DNA of 64,000 nucleotides from Octopus bimaculoides (taxonomy: Eukaryota): the NCBI RefSeq assembly GCF_001194135.2, contig NC_068988.1:73695849-73759848 (forward strand), in the 5' to 3' direction. Positions 62,673-64,000 of the stretch are shown here, one piece after another (position 1 is the stretch's first letter; the number at the start of each line of letters is the position of its first letter). The notes under the pieces were generated by a model. The model was not told the origin of the DNA and ran no database searches. It worked only from the letters and a program-made list of their open reading frames with translations. The translations under genes were made by a program, and so were the position numbers.

Positions 62673-63249
62673 TGTATGTACGTATGTATTTATGCATATG
62701 TGTTTGTGTCAGTATGTCTCCCCACCACCATCGATTGACAACTGATGTTGGTGTGTTTGCATCTCCGTAACTTAGCTCATACAATAAGCACCAGGCTTAC
62801 AGGGAATAAGTCCAGTGGGCGATTTCTTCAACTAAAGGGCGGTGCTCTAGCATGGCCACCATCAAATGACTGAAACAAGTAAAAGAATAAAAGAATACTA
62901 GAAGAACGTTCCATACCACTAAACCAAGAAGGTTTTTTGAATATGTACGATGTATTTTAAGGCTAAATTGTAAGTCTGTTTTCATTTGCATAGCCAAGAT
63001 ATTTTGGTTGGATTATATAGTTATTGGTTTTACACATCTTTCTATATTCTGTAACTGTCGCAATATAGAAACATTTCCCATGGCACCAGCACACAATTTA
63101 CAGATGCTTACATCTTTTGTGTTTTCCATGAAGTTTTCGCAGGTCCAGCTAGTTACTATTATTTACATAAGTGTAAAATTCAGCACCATTTACCAAATAA
63201 TTGCATATATATATATAGTAACTGTCCTTTTAAGTGGTCCTTTTGTTCA

Positions 63250-63760
63250 TTTGGCAGACCTGGTGGGGGTGGGGGCATAAGCAGAGATGATTGTTGCTGT
63301 GCTATTCTGCAAAACTAGTCTAGGCTTAAGTACCCTATCACATACTCTGACTACTTCAATCACTTTATTTACCCATTTCTCAGCTATAAGTATGTTAACA
63401 ACTCCTAGCCCATCACTGTTGCCCTCCCAGAAGAGTTTATACATATGCCTTTTACCAATGAGGAACCTGGCTGAAGCTCCCCTTCCACTGAACTTCTTGG
63501 ATGCAGCACACAACACATCTCCTTTCAAGCATATCAACAATATCACTAGACCTATCTTTCAATTTGCCTACACTGACAGTACCAAATCTGAGGGAATGTA
63601 TGGGGAGGCAGGAGATAACATGGGGAGGAGGAACTGTGGCTATCAGCATCTGAAAAGAAGGTTGTAATGAGCATTTGCCAACAGACACATCATAGCAGTT
63701 GTCCTCACATTTAATCCACCATCATTCATGTTACACTTGCTACCTCCATTGGATGTGTGG
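63250..63760 (-). mobile_element. RTE ORF2 N-terminal APE endonuclease relic
   Basis: LRFGTVSVG, CCIQEVQWKG and TIISAYAP. Confidence 0.8.
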
Positions 63761-64000
63761 GTGCTATATCAGCACTACTTACAGCAGTGTTTGTACAGAT
63801 ACCAGTAAATATATATGTTGGTTAACTGATTAATTATTATCACTGCCATTGGTTGTGGATACCATATACTGGCAGTAGTATAAAGCAGTGTTAATATAAA
63901 TGCACCGGGAACATCCAATGCCAAGTTCTAATAAACTGCAATAGTGATACATATGTAGGAACTAAATATTTATGCTGGTGCTTACCTTAATTTTCACTAC

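Noticed and set aside
55160-63970. Search for the MPC1 first exon and a 4-nt microexon (ag|YACN|gt)
   Set aside because: No site with both a polypyrimidine acceptor and a donor was found, and the matches seen were inside RTE or SINE copies. Not called.

Overview
AT-rich, repeat-dense animal genomic scaffold with six N gaps. The repeat families look like those I recall from coleoid cephalopod (Octopus-type) genomes, so that assignment is an inference. The only host gene I can support is MPC1 (mitochondrial pyruvate carrier 1) on the minus strand. I rebuilt it by hand from four coding exons: 55136-55151 (16-nt microexon), 46477-46557 (81 nt), 19040-19172 (133 nt) and 18127-18178 (terminal). All have canonical AG/GT sites and consistent phases, and they give [93 protein letters not shown]. 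The N-terminal exon(s) were not found and probably lie beyond 64000. The rest is intron or intergenic DNA filled with decayed mobile elements: R4/Dong, L1/Tx1, RTE and Penelope-like retroelements, two Ty3/Gypsy elements, a MULE with a 9-bp TSD, two Helitrons, two DD37D mariner-like elements, piggyBac- and Kolobok-like MITEs and several tRNA-derived SINEs. The most unusual signals are: (i) the MPC1 microexon; (ii) a series of fold-back inverted duplications, one shown to be absent from a paralogous copy and two with repeat-derived spacers; (iii) chains of elements nested in (TAA/ATT)n arrays, including an unclassified ~556-bp repeat; (iv) an ORF1-only L1/Tx1-like element; (v) a dispersed duplication consistent with RTE 3' transduction. 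No rRNA, true tRNA or CRISPR array was seen.
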